Part shown: piece after piece, positions 37,892 through 51,432 of the stretch
How the letters are laid out: each line of letters begins with the position of its first letter
Position numbering within the stretch: position 1 is the first letter of the stretch
From: Octopus vulgaris
Taxonomy: Eukaryota
Direction of reading: 5' to 3'
DNA: 64,000 bases
NCBI GenBank assembly: GCA_951406725.2
Contig: OX597832.1
Location: 69,378,001 to 69,442,000 of the forward strand
Position numbers and translations under genes: made by a program
Notes under the pieces: generated by a model
What the model was told of the DNA's origin: nothing
Seen by the model: the letters and a program-made list of their open reading frames with translations, nothing else
Database searches by the model: none

Positions 37892-40800
37892 AACCCAGTA
37901 CAACCTGTTGCATGGTCGGGTCGTCGGCGTCTAAACCGGCAACCCCACCAAGCTTGCTTGGTGAGGAGGGTGTTTATTGGACACCCTGCAGGATGAAAAA
38001 CAAAACCCGTCAAAGGGCAGAGGACCTCTTGAGAGTCAACGGCCATCCAATAAATGTTAGCACGGGTACGCAGAAATTCCGGGCTGGTGTCCGGCGTGCT
38101 GAAAGACCACTGGGAGTGAGGCGCCCCCTCAGTTTTTGTTAAAGCATGTCTCTAGGAGAAGGTCACTCTGATATAAAACCAGATATGCAGGGAATGCCAC
38201 ATCCCTGAGCCTGCGACTCATATTGGCACCAGACATATTGCTTCCGGCTTGTCTCTGGATAATGTCAATAAAGTGGAGAGGGTCTATGAGGTGTTGTGCA
38301 AGCCTTATTGGACCTAAAACTCTGCACAGGCATTGCCGACCTCTGCTCGATACGCGCATATTTTTTTATTCTATAAATATTTATCTGATTTTTAGTATAT
38401 ATTTTTAATTTTTTATTCGGAAGTCTGCGGCGATGGGAAGGTGGCGAAGCATGCAGACCTGACGGGTTGGAAGCATGTAGTCAGCGACCTGCACGTAGGC
38501 GGCCCATGCTAGATATAAAGTCGTCTCCTTGTCGCCCAAGACAGCGGTAGGATTCGTTTGCTGCATGGGTGTCTGAGCACCTCCATTTGGAGGGCACTGT
38601 TCACCTGGAGACCTGGGAGGTTCTAGAAAAGGTCAACCAAAAATTGCCTTCTTTCCATATCTGGTCAGTTTAGTGCGACTGACGGATGTCCACCCTGCGC
38701 TCGAAAAACAAAGAATCTTTTATCTATAAAATCTGGACGGAACTTAAACATTTCATGTTGGAAGGTGCGCACTCTGTTGGACAACAAGAGGCCTAAAAGA
38801 CGCACTGCACTTGTTACTCGTGAGCTGAACCGTTATAAAATTGATATAGCTGCACTCTCAGAGACTCGTATAGAAGGTGATGGTCAGCTTGAGGAAGTAG
38901 GAGGTGGATACACCTTTTTTTGGAAAGGAAGGCAGAAGGAGGAGCGCAGAAAGGCTGGTGTTGGTTTTGCAGTCCGATCTGATATCCTTAAGAAGTTGGA
39001 AGAGCTCCCTGTTCCTATAAATGAACGTATAATGACCCTACGGTTGCACTTGAAAGGTAAGCAGTTTGCTACTCTAATAAGTGCCTATGCTTTGACTAGC
39101 TGTGATGAAGATAAAACAATCTTTTATACCCAGCTGAGAGCCATACTTAGAAAAATTCCCAATTCTGATAAAGTCATTCTACTGGGGGATTTTAATGCCA
39201 GAGTTGGAACAGACTGGCAAATATGGAACTCTCTAGGACGTTTTGGGGTAGGGAAAAGGAATAGCAATGGTCTCATGCTACTGGAGCTTTGCGAAGAGCA
39301 TGGACTTTACATTGCAAGCACTCATTTTGTGCACAAAGGTGATCACACAACAACAGGGATGCATCCAAGGTCCAAAGTTTGGTACTTGCTGGATTATGTC
39401 ATCATCCGCAAGCGTGACATTTATGACATTTGTAATGTCGAGTCCTTGCATAGATCAGAATGCTGGACAGACCACAGTCTGGTGCGAGCAAAGTTCCGAA
39501 TGATGATTAGGGCGAAAGAGAGAAGAGGACCAGTCAGCATTCCTCGCCGTCTAAATGTCCACAAGGCATATGATGTTGTGGTTAGGAAAGAGCTTCAGAC
39601 TCGCTTGTCCAGCATTGAAACTGCTGCAGCATGGGAAGATTTTCGAAACCAGGTTGTTCAATGTGCAGCCGAAACACTGGGGTATGTTACTGCCAGACAC
39701 AGAGACTGGTTTGATGAGAATGATGCTGAAATTCAGCGACTATTAGTGGTAAAGCGCCATGCCCACAGTGTGTTGCTGCACAGAGAACTGTCTACTGTGC
39801 AGCGAAGTCTAGCACTTGCCCACTATAACAGTATAAAATCACTACTGCAGCGATCTCTCAGGAAGATGCAGAACTCTTGGTGGGAGGATCTTGCTCGTGA
39901 TGTTCAGGCTGCTGCCGATGCAAATGACAGCAAGAAGCTTTACCATCTTATGAAGCGAGCTTATGGACCTAAGAGCTCCACATTAGCTCCTTTGCTTTCC
40001 AAGGAGTCTTCCACTCTGTTTACTAAATCAACAGAAATCACAGGTCGCTGGATCGAACACTTCTCTGAACTCCTAAACCATGAGTCAGTTGTGGATGAAA
40101 CAGTGATTGATACTATGAAACAAAGACCTACCATTGACTCCTTAGACTCCTCGCCCTCAATAGATGAAGTAATGACATCAATAAGTAAATTGAATCTTGG
40201 TAGGGCACCTGGAAAGGATGGAATTTGTGCTGAGGTCTTGCGATTTGGTGGTAATTGCATCACACAGTACCTTCATGAACGTATTAGTGCAGTCTGGAGG
40301 GATGGTGCAATCCCTAAGGACTGGAAGGATGCAATTATTCTTCCTCTATATAAAGGAAAAGGAGCCAGAACAATGTGTAGTAACTACAGAGGTATTGCTC
40401 TACTATCAGCTGTTGGCAAGGTTCTGGCAAATATTCTTCTTACCCGTCTGAATGGGTGTCTCGTAAATGATGTCCTATCTGGATCCCAATGTGGCTTCCG
40501 ATCTGGTAGAGGGACAATGGATATGATTTTCACAGCAAGACAGATGCAGGAAAAGTGCTATGAGCAGAATATGGATCTTGTCCAGGTATTCATTGATTTA
40601 ACTAGGGCCTTTCTATGGAAAATACTTGGCAAACTTGGATGTCCGGATCACTTTGTATCTATAATTAAATCATTTCATGATGGGATGGAGGCTTGGGTCA
40701 ACGTTGGTGGTGCCATGGCGGGACCCATTCCTGTAGAGAATGGTGTCGAGCAGGGTGACATCCTTGCCCCAACTCTCTTTTCTTTGTACTTTGCTGCTGC

Positions 40801-41953
40801 TTTTACTCATGCTTTTGCTAAGGTTAGCTCTCTGGGAATATATGTCAGATATCGATCTTCTGGCCACCTCTTTAATCTTCACCGATTTGCTGCCAATTCA
40901 AAGGTTTCCCAGTCTATTATTCGTGACCTCCTTTATGCAGATGACTGTGACTTAGTCACTCATACAGTAGTTGACATGTAAAAACTCATGAATTGCATTT
41001 CTGCTTCTTGCAGGGCATTTGGACTCAGCATTAGCCTGGATAAGACTGTTGTAATGTTCCAGCCTGCACCAGGAAATCCATATATAGAACCAGCTATCTT
41101 AATTGAAGGAACAATTCTGAAGGTAGTAGACAAGTTTGTCTACCTGGGCAGCACACTCAGCCGTTCTTGCTCCCTGGATGAGGAAATATCTTTCAGGTTG
41201 CAGAGAGCAACTAATTCCTTCCGGTCTCTTCAGTCTCGTGTCTGGTCCCAACATGGCATCGCAAGGAGAACAAAAGTTGCTGTGTACCGTGCTTGTGTAC
41301 TGACATCGCTTCTCTACTCATGTGAGACATGGACTCTGTACAAACGTCAGGTAAGGGTCCTTGAACTTTTTCATCAGAGATGTCTCAGACACATTCTCAA
41401 TGTTGGCTGGAATTCAAAAATTCCAGACACACAGATCCTGAGGACAGCTGATATCTTGAGTATTGAGACGATGGTGCACAAGCACCGGTTGCGTTGGACT
41501 GGACACCTTATTAGAATGAAGGATAGAAGGATTCCTAAGCAGATGCTCTATGGAGAACTTGTGAATGGAAGGAGACTCCGGCAGAAACCAAGGCTGCAAT
41601 TTAAGGACTGTGTCAAGCCCTCGTTAAAGGCCTGTGATATGCAGGACAATGACTGAGAGAACAATGCTTGTCATCGCCACAGATGGAGGAAGTAGGTTAA
41701 GGAGGAGATCGACACATTTGAGAGAGCACGTATCCAGCATGACGAACTTAAGCGAGCTACGCGAAAGCGCACGGCTCGTATAGTGAACGGGGAAAGCTTG
41801 GTCTGCAATGTTTGCAGTCGTGTATGCTTGTCAAGAGCAGGGCTCATTAGCCACCAGCTGAGCCGCAAATGCAAAATATAAGTTAGTCCTATAGCGCACA
41901 ATGTTCCTGAAGGTCGGCAATGGTCTTCCTCGGTCACGAGTGGACGGCCATCA
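37891..41953 (+). mobile_element. RTE-clade LINE, copy B, near full length
   Basis: 5' leader shared with copy A; CTAGGAGAAGG motif at ~38152; APE plus RT ORF 38765-41656 with one stop; C-terminal CNVC..H finger; 3' stem-loop CTCG-gtca-CGAG; flanked by (TA)n/(CA)n. Confidence 0.94.
38765..41656 (+). pseudogene. RTE ORF (APE plus RT) with a premature TAA at 40979-40981 and small deletions
   Basis: 738-aa and 222-aa ORFs in the same frame; ALSETR, LGDFNAR, GRAPGKDG, NYRGIALL, QCGFR, FIDL, QGDILAP, LLYADD, YLGS, RWTGH. Confidence 0.9.
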
Positions 41954-41988
41954 CACATATATATATATAATATATACACACACATATA

Positions 41989-42213
41989 CAGGGTAGCTTA
42001 GATGTCACTACACCATTTAAAATATCAAAATCCTTTTATTTATAAATTATTCACATTTATTTTATTATAATGAATAAATAGACGTTTTAGAAAACCTTTA
42101 GGTTTGAAAATTACGCCCTTCAAATGATCACTATTTTGTTCTTGACAGTTGAAAAAAATTCAATGAAAAGAAGCTATATCTGAAAATGGTCGAATGACTT
42201 TTGGGCCACCCTG
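41989..42213. mobile_element. Tc1/mariner-type MITE, old
   Basis: Imperfect TIRs CAGGGTAGCTTAGATGTCACTACACCATTT and AAATGGTCGAATGACTTTTGGGCCACCCTG; TA on the left flank. Confidence 0.6.
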
Positions 42214-42632
42214 CATATACACACACATATATGTATAAAGAAATAAACATGGCTGGCTATGTCTACTGAATTTATCTTACTTTGACCAAGAGTTAAACAA
42301 CAGCAACGACGCCAAAAATCACCAACAACCGCAACGCGTTCTGCTCTTCATTACTTTTGCCTTGGTCCAGAAACCATTATTATTGCAGGCTCTTTTGTAA
42401 GGACTGCCATTTGTGTTCTATTTAATATACAAATTCTATGCATTTCTGTTTCTGAGACAGACTTTGGCAAATATCAATTAGCATCGATGGTATTAGTAGT
42501 AATTCCATTGACCTTCTGACCTGCTAGAGCAACATATTGCTGATATAATGATAAGATTAATAAATTCTGCTCTGCCCCGGAGGGAGAGAAGGAGGAATAA
42601 TGTGTGTAATAATGGCAGAAAATTATATATGA

Positions 42633-42685
42633 GTGTGTGTGTGCGTAAATATATATATATATATATATGTGTGTGTGTATATCTA

Positions 42686-42758
<73 letters not shown>

Positions 42759-42779
42759 GTGTATATATATATATGTGTG

Positions 42780-42863
<84 letters not shown>

Positions 42864-42890
42864 AATGTATATATGCATGTATGTATATTT
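42633..42890. repeat. (TA)n/(TG)n microsatellite
   Basis: Direct reading. Confidence 0.95.
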
Positions 42891-43345
42891 CGGTCCATAA
42901 GTCATTTCATCTAACACACGCGCGCACACAGACACATACGCGCCCAAACACACACACAGACAAAGTGACTTCGTCATATTTACCGGGCTAGTGGAAGTAT
43001 TGTCCAATACAACCCATTCAATTTACCGACACCATTAACCAATCAACCCCATCTCCCCCCCACGCCATAAAAAGATATATTTATCAATACAAATAATCTA
43101 TAAATAACAATTTCTAATATCAGATCTAAACATTACCTCACCACCCCGACGCCTGTCGACCAGAAAATGTTGGTGTAGCGGACGTTAGTAGTTAATATTT
43201 CTCTTTAGAAATCGTTTCAATTTAAATCATGAAAATGGGACCCCCTACAGCTCTTGCTGTAGTTGCAGAAGAGCTGTCATAACACTGCATATCTGCGACA
43301 TTCTAAACCCGAAGGAATCCATTTCTCTCTCTCTCTCTCTTCCTT

Positions 43346-43393
<48 letters not shown>

Positions 43394-43424
43394 TACAGTT
43401 AATCTTTTTATGATAAAGAGAAAG

Positions 43425-43554
43425 AGAGGAAAAGAATGTACATCAGTTATAGTGTTAATAGCGAAGTTGGCCTTGGTGATATTTGAACTCAGACAGCAGA
43501 AAGTCGAAGCGAATAAATCGAGCCTTTCTGCCCAACGTTTTGACTCACCGCCTT
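43425..43554 (-). mobile_element. Diverged SINE family 1 head fragment
   Basis: ATTTGAACTCAGA...TTGACTCACCGCCTT. Confidence 0.55.
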
Positions 43555-45534
43555 GAAACGAGACTCTAAAACAGCTGGTTCATGACTGCCTTGCTCACTA
43601 GATCTGCAAGAAATAATAGCTTAATCTTTCTCAAATGATAACGTTTTATTATTTTGAAAAGCTCCGTTTGGATTAATGTGGAACTGTGTTTCCTGTTGCC
43701 CTGAAAGATAGATGGAATGGCCATAGTTGGAATGGTTTTGAACACGGATCTGTTTAATTTGATTTGGCCTAGGATTAAGTATTTAAAAATTGTAGGAAGG
43801 ACAAGTGGTATTAAAATTCTTGACAAAGAGCTGGAAAACTATGGGTTGACTAGGATAAGGCAACTAAGATATTTTTAATTATGAACTCACGCGATTTTCA
43901 GTTGAGATCAAGTGACATGAAACTGAAGTTAGCGATTCCAAAATGAACATATTTCACCAAATATATGGCAATGTTATTACTTTTTTTAAAAAATACAGGA
44001 TAAAGTCTTGAGAGAATTCAATGCTCAAGTAAATATAGTGGAAAAGACAAAAAAGCGTCATTGACTTTTAAGTGAATATTTTTAAAAGCCAGAAATATAT
44101 ATATTTGCATTTTCGATAACGTATTCAGGTACCATAAAAATCGAAATTTCCATTTAAGTTATTCGTAACTGTTGTATGAAACGTCCGTCAGTGTATTCGC
44201 CTCTCCTTAATCCATACCTGACTGCTCTAGTATATAAAATATAGACTAAAAGTGCAGCTTTCTTTACCAAAAATTCGTGTTGAAGTAGCAAAGAATTCTG
44301 TTGGTGTTACAGCAATTTATGTTTAAATATTTTGTCTTGTTAAAAAGTTATATAACCAACATGGAAACACTAGTATCAATGCATCAGAGTATAAGATGTT
44401 TTCATTGTCGATACTTTTCTACTATTCTCATTTGGAAGTAGTAAGGTTACACTTAGGTGTGAAACCGGTTCCTCTGTAATTGAAGTCTCTAATAAACAGT
44501 GTCCTTTCACGCTGTTCTCTTTCTCTCAATGACCAAGTCCTATGAGTCCTCAATTTCTTATTACATCTCTTCATCGACAGTATGGGAAGGAAAGGTGAGA
44601 GAAACATACAAAACGTTTAGTGATTTCAACGGAGGCTATTAAGGCTAGAAGTTAATATACGCACTTGAAATAGCTTTAGATTAAAGTACCGGCCTGTATA
44701 ACATTTATAAAGTATATACAAACGCATTACAGCACTAGCTGTAATAATGCTAGAGTAAATTGTGTGTTAAAACTACAAGCTCCTACAAGGTCCTACACCA
44801 GTATTTCGGCAAGATTTGGTCTCCTTAGGGAAGAATACTCTGGACGTTCTGAGATAAGCTGAACATGGTTGTTCGATGCAGAAATCGCCAAGTAAAGCAT
44901 TCACTGACTTTTAAAATAGCTAGTAAAGCTAGGATTAAATTGCAATGAAAGTTTTTGGGTCGATCCTTTTTCCAGTTTGTCAAAAAGTGGAAAACATCAT
45001 GCTTCTAATTTTCTGTTGAGAATAAACACACGTTTATTCATTCCTAATAGCACATTGTTGTGTTAAGAAGTAATGAATCTCCATCCGTTTTGACAATCAA
45101 TATTTATTTGATCAAGTGAATCATCTGCCCCAATGAGCAATTGCATATAGTGGCTGGGTATTCCGTAAATACGTTTACCCATAACATTATCCTTAAGAAG
45201 AATCAGCAGGAAGAAGGTGGGGTCTTTGAATTTTTGATACTATCAATTCGACGAGCATCTGTATCGTCTTCCCACTTTAGTCAAAATAGACTATAGTAAA
45301 GGCAAGTGTTCAAAATACCCTGCCCTGGGATCGAACTCGGGGTTTCATAATTGAGAAACGAATTTTTTAACCATCTGTTCGTGTTGCTGTATTAGTAGGA
45401 TAGTAACCTACAATACTTACCACAAATACGTAAGCAGAGAAAGCGATAAAATATGACGAGCTGTATTTGCTTGCAGTCTTGAGTTCAAATCTACGATCTC
45501 GTATTAATTAGGTTAAGGCTGTAGAATAGCTACA

Positions 45535-45750
45535 TGCCGCAAAATGTGCTTTGCGGTATTATTCGGGCTTTTTATGATCTTAACCAACTCTGTCCCATCG
45601 ATACCAACTCTGTTTCTCATCACTCACATCACTCCAGAAAATAAGGTCTCAGTCTACGACTGAGTCGATAAAATCGACTAAGTTCCTCTCATCTAAATTG
45701 CTGGCCTTGTGCATAAATAGGAAACCATAAATTCCTTTCTACTCTAGGCC
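45535..45750 (+). mobile_element. Highly diverged SINE family 1 copy, tail type X
   Basis: AAATGTGCTTTGCGGTATT head remnant; GAGTCGATAAAATCGACTAA; AAATTGCTGGCCTTGTGC tail. Confidence 0.5.
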
Positions 45751-46190
45751 CGAAATAAGAAACTATAAATTATCTCCAAAATGTTAGAAGGCAGTTACCA
45801 TCCCATCTACTCTCTTGCAGAAATCAAAGAATCAGATCGTGCAATGAAATTTCACTCTCCCCACCCAGTTAATTACCACAACCTTAATTACATTCCACGA
45901 GACAATCTGTGAAAGAAGGCTGGGATTTTGAATGAAGACAGACATTTTCCAAACAGTTTTCGTTTCCACATAATCATATTAACAGGGAATTAAACTTTAA
46001 ACGTTGAGCAGTGGGATTGAACTCGGTACTATGACATTGCGCAGCAGAATTCTTGATTAAAGTTCATTTTTTATGTGTAATATTTGTGAGGGGAGGTTAG
46101 TGAAATCAGTAAAACTTTCTTTCTTAAAGAATGATGTAATAACTGTTTAATAAAATAAATTGTGGAAAATCTCATTTCTCGTGATCATTA

Positions 46191-46272
<82 letters not shown>

Positions 46273-46299
46273 TATATACACACATATATATATATATAT

Positions 46300-46330
<31 letters not shown>

Positions 46331-47499
46331 CATACACAATTATATATACACACAAGTGTGTGTTTTTACATCTCTAACAATGTCTGTCAATCTCTCTCTC
46401 TCTTTCTAAATGTATACAATCTTATATATATTCAATGAAATCGATCATTGGACCACGTCCATACAGTTCAATGCCTTCAAGGCTTTCTTCGATCATAATC
46501 AGTTTGGTTCATATTCCAGTCTGGCACGTATTTTACCGATATCGGACTCTCTTTTGTCGAAACGAAAACTTGGAGAACAAAGGTTCACAAAATAAACAAC
46601 ACGGGTTTTAGAAACGGTGGAAACGTAAACATTGACATCGACACACATACAGGCACCTCTCGTCTCCACTTCTCTCTCCAGACACACACATACACACGCA
46701 AACATTATATACACACGTGTATATAGCTAGATGGATTGATAGATATACATTCATATTCGTATATGTAAATACATATTCACCTACACGCATAATCAGTCTA
46801 TCTACCTATCCATCAACCCACATATAATTTGTGAGATTATTTATTGTAAGTTGGGCGTTTTACGAACTTTGCTAAATGATCGTTCTCATATTTCTTAATT
46901 ACTCAAAATACTAACCGAAAACGCAAATTTCTTTATTCACAAGTTTAAAGATTTTAATTTCACGGTTAAATGATGGCGTATATCTCTGGTGTAGTGGCTT
47001 GATTCCCGTGGGTGACTTACTCCATGTATTTCTGCTAACAATGTTATCTACAATCAAAATCTAGCATATCTTGATTTTTCAACTGTTTTCATTATAACAG
47101 TTGTTTTAAGAGTGGAGTATGAAGAAACATCAAAATTCTCTGACGGTTCCTTTTGAATTGTTGCTGTTGAACTATCAGACATAGTGCTCCTTATTAGGCA
47201 TTATTACCTTATGACTACCAGAAATATGTTCGTGTCAAGAGAAGGCACAGAGCGTTTAAGTGGTTATTTCGTAGGATCTGTTTTCAAGTTTGTCATCATT
47301 TAATCTGTATTTATAATATGTAATTATAAGCGAAGATAAATGAAATAAATCTATTATTTACCTTGTATTTTATTTATTATCGCATTTTTCAGACTTTGAA
47401 AGAACAAACAACAGAAATGAAACTCAGTATATGAATATATTATTATTATCATTTTTACCCGGCGGAAAGTTATAAAAGTTATAAAACCACTTGAGAAAA

Positions 47500-48135
47500 T
47501 ATATGTATGGGAAAGCGTCAACAAAATGCAGAGTGTGTGGAATTTGAGATGAAACATGATACGTCTTGTAGAATACCTGAAGTCGGCCCAAGGAAAAATA
47601 TAAGAAATAGAAACATGATCAAATTTGTGGAAGCTTTGTGAAAAATGGGGTTTGAAGTACATAGTAGAATCATTGGGAGGGACAGGTATTTGAGTCAGAA
47701 AAATGCAACATTTTGAGGGAGTTTCTCAATCAAATGGATAAGAAGGTGGAACATAAGTAAGATGTTATAGCAATAGTCAAGCAAAATCGAATTTGCATCT
47801 TCATTGATCCGCCATATGCATTTTATGTCCGGATTGTAAAGAAAGTAAACGAAATATTGAAAACCTATATTTCTTTAAAATTTGAATTTGTGAAGATTTG
47901 GAATATGAAATCTATAAAGATTGCACCTGAGATAATCGGCGCATTAGAGATTGTGAGTAATGATATAAACAAATAGTTGAAGGAGATTGGAATGAAGCTT
48001 CCAAAGGTTTGTTTCTTAAGGTTTTGAGCACTTGTTGGCTTGAAATCATGTGGATATCTAAAGTAACAGGTAGTTACCTGCTACCCACATAAATTGTACC
48101 AGGAATACAATCAATCACGAGGCAAGATGAGGATA
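47500..48135 (+). mobile_element. Very degenerate R4/Dong-type LINE 3' fragment
   Basis: Remnants TKCRVCG..DET, AQGKYK..KHDQ, IFID, IIGAL.IV. Confidence 0.55.
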
Positions 48136-48150
48136 TGACTACAAATACTA

Positions 48151-48277
48151 CTCCTTTCTACTATAGGCACAAAGCCTGAAAATTGGGGGAGGGGACTAGT
48201 CGATTACAACGACCCTAGTGTCCAACTGGTATTTAATTTATCGACTCCGAAAGGATGAAAAATAAAGTCGACCTCGG
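48151..48277 (-). mobile_element. SINE family 1, 5'-truncated, tail type X
   Basis: AGTCGATTACAACGACCCTAGT...TTTATCGACTCCGAAAGGATGAAA..AAAGTCGACCTCGGC. Confidence 0.8.
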
Positions 48278-48417
48278 CAAATAATAATGATAATAGTGAT
48301 GATGATGATGGAACGACCTGCGCAAATGATTTCTCTTATCAGACGGGGAATCCTGATGGGTATATTGGCTTTCGTTTATTTGTACCGCAGTATTCCTTTG
48401 ATGGCATGCGCTGCTCG

Positions 48418-49467
48418 GCAAAACACGAGCAAAACAAAAAAACTGTTCTCAGTATTTAAGGAAGCTGACAAATACAAACAAGAAATCATACCACCTAATA
48501 AATATGAAGAAGAAGAAGAAGAAGAAGATGAAGAAACAACAAAAGCTATAAAACAAATGAAATCCAAACTAAAAATAGAACAGCAATGAACCATGATAAA
48601 ACGATGGCAAGAAAAGCCCCTTCATGATAAATACAGGACTAAACTAAACGCAAAAGAAATAGACAAAGAAAAATCCCAGCAATGGTTGAGAAGCTCAGGA
48701 CTCAAAGCAGAACAGAGGGATTTTTAATTGCAGCACAAGACCAAAGCCTCCCCACCAGAAATTACCAAAAACATGTAATGAAAAGAAATATAACAAGTAA
48801 CTGCAGAATATGTGGAGATGGACAAGAAACAATAAATCATATTATCTCTGGCTGCCCAGTCCTGGCTAAGAAGGAATATATTTACAGACATGACAGAGTT
48901 GGAACCTACATACACTGGAAGCTACGCCAACATTATGGAATAACAACAGAAAAAAGATGGTATAGGCACACACCAGAAAAGGTCACAGAAAACGAGAAAG
49001 CCACCATACTCTGGGATATGCCGATACACACAGATAGAGAAATTAAGGCCAACAGACCAGACATAGTCGTCAGAGATCATGAAGAAAAAAATGCTTTCTA
49101 ATTGATGTATCAATACCGGCAGATGACAACGTGTCTCTAAAAGAAATGGAGAAACTTTCAAAATACAAAGACCTGGAAATAGAGGTAACCAGAATGTGGA
49201 ATCTAAAAACAGAAACAATTCCTATCATAGTAGGTGCATTAGGCATGATAAAAAAATATTCAGACAAATACATAACAAAAACACCAGGACTTACAAACAC
49301 ATATAACATACAAAAAATTGCACTACTAGGCACTGCACACATCCTACGCAGAACACTTTCCATACAATAACCATCAGAGCATCGCAACAAATCACAGCAC
49401 ATACGTAAGGCACACAGAGCTGCGCTCGGTAGTGAAGTGAAAGCACGCTATAAAAATAAAACTACTG
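48418..49467 (+). mobile_element. 5'-truncated R4/Dong-clade RLE LINE, relatively young
   Basis: EGFLIAAQDQSLPTRNYQ; CCHC finger CRICG..ETINHIISGC; RHDRV; ILWD; RPDIVV...LIDVSIP (PD-D/ExK nuclease); EKLSKYKDL; PIIVGALG; few lesions; ends in (AAT)n. Confidence 0.92.
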
Positions 49468-49492
49468 AATAATAATAATAATAATAATGATG

Positions 49493-49569
<77 letters not shown>
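49468..49569. repeat. (AAT)n
   Basis: Direct reading. Confidence 0.97.
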
Positions 49570-49570
<1 letters not shown>

Positions 49571-51058
49571 TTGACAATCTTACTAGAGATGGTGTCTTGA
49601 TAAAAATACCGATTGGTGGTTAACCTTAAAACACATTGTTGAGTGAAGATTTCTAATACAAATGTATCAAACAACGGTGTTAATGAGGCTGGATCCGGAG
49701 TGGTAATTGAATGCTGGATCAGGAGTGAAGTCAGTAGAGAAGAATTCTGACGACGAATGAAAGCAAAATGGAATAGGACTCAACGAAATAAGGGAGCAGC
49801 GATTAACCGACCAGGCTAGAGTAATAAGAAGAAAATGGTGGTTAACAGACATGGAAATAGAAGAGATAAGAAGGAAAGTAGAAAATAGAAATAATACTTC
49901 ACCAACAGATAACGTAACCAGTGAGGGCAGGGAAATGAATGGCGACAGTGAAGACGTAGAGCAAAATGTAAATTTGAATGCATTCTCAGCATATGAAGCA
50001 GAAGTAGTCGGAAGAGCTATGTCACAAGAAAATGGATGATGACCAACAAAACATAGTGAGGATGTTGTGTTGTTATATCAGAGAAGACTAGGATCAAGCA
50101 CCTCCCCAATCTGAAGTACATTGATCGATGCAAGCTCAAAGTTTAACGGAAAAGATAGTCTCGGGAAAACAAAGGAAGAAGTACGAAAAGGACATGAAGA
50201 AGAATTACGTAAGAAGGGACGACACAATCAATTCTATGTAGCCACAACAGAAGTTGCTGGAAAAAATAGGTGAGACTGGCTGATGAAAGGAACCCTAAGA
50301 AAAGAGACCGAGGACACTGTACTAGCAGTGCAGGACCAAGCTGTGTCCACGAGCTGGAGGGTCAAACTGAGGAATGAGCAAGTGTCGCTTGTGTGCCGCA
50401 TCAGCAATAGAGTGGATGAAACTATTTCCCATATCACGAACGAATGCCCAAAACCATTACAAGTTGTGGTGATACGACAAAGTAGCGAAAATGATCGCTT
50501 AGAAACTGTGTGAATAGTGGGGGTACTAGACAGAGGCAAAACGTGGTATGAGCACAAACCGTAGAGTGTGGCAGAGTCGGAGACTAGCGAAAGCCTCTGG
50601 GATTTCCCAATCCAAACAGATCAGGTGCTAGAGCATAACAGACTGGTCCTAGTGGTGGTGGTGGTGGATAACATGCACCACACATGTTATATAGTTGATG
50701 TTGCTTGCCCCTTTGATCCATGAATAGTTAAGAAGGAAGGTGAAAAGATAGATAAATACAACCCTCTTAAGTACGAAATAGCCTGACTATGGGAAATGAA
50801 GAAGATGAAGATAGTGCCAATTATTGCTGGGCCCTTGGGAACAGTATGAGAAGGCATCAAGAAAAATATGAAGGAAATTGGAATAGAGCGCCTAATAGAA
50901 CTGTTGCAAAAGGTTTGCCTCCTTGGCACGGCCAGAATAATAAGGAAAGTATTAGGAAGCTGAAAAGAACGAATAGCATGGTACCATAGGCTGCAGGCAG
51001 CAAGCCTGGTACGCATGCAAGACTCCAGGAGCTCCAGAAAAACCTATGATAAAGAGAA
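49570..51058 (+). mobile_element. Internally deleted R4/Dong-type LINE: N-terminal region joined to the C-terminal RLE region, RT absent
   Basis: N-terminal EQRLTDQARVIRRKWWLTDMEIEEIRR (~49793-49873); C-terminal KETEDTVLAVQDQA, CRI..DETISHITNEC, LWDFPIQTD, IVDVACP, EKIDKY, IVPII.GPLG; followed by short (AAT)n. Confidence 0.8.
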
Positions 51059-51432
51059 ATGATAATAATAATAATAATTGCATTAATAAATATAATAAGC
51101 ACAGAATATTGCTGTGTAATGTATTTGTTTATAATTTATCGCTGTGAATCCGAATTGTGCCGATGAATTGTAGAATGGACAATTTGGCTTTAATGAGGAA
51201 AATGTTATTTGTCGCATACAGATTGCCAGTCAGTGGCACCACCTGCTTCCAAAATTGAATATATCGATGTCTCTACAATAACAATTGTCGGGCTGAAGAC
51301 TATGGAAATGCTAGTTACAGCATCCATTTGTTTAAATATTGCCAAATTAAGCTGGAGTTAAAGGCAAAATCGATTATTTTGAGCTTTTAGCCCACTCGTT
51401 TAAATACGGAAGTATACAAAAATATATAAACC

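Noticed and set aside
37892-38057. Canonical twister or HDV ribozyme call for the RTE leader (GAGGAGGG motif)
   Set aside because: No UAA-P2-GC or UCCCAAGC loop for twister, and no HDV L3 or J4/2 motif found; left unclassified
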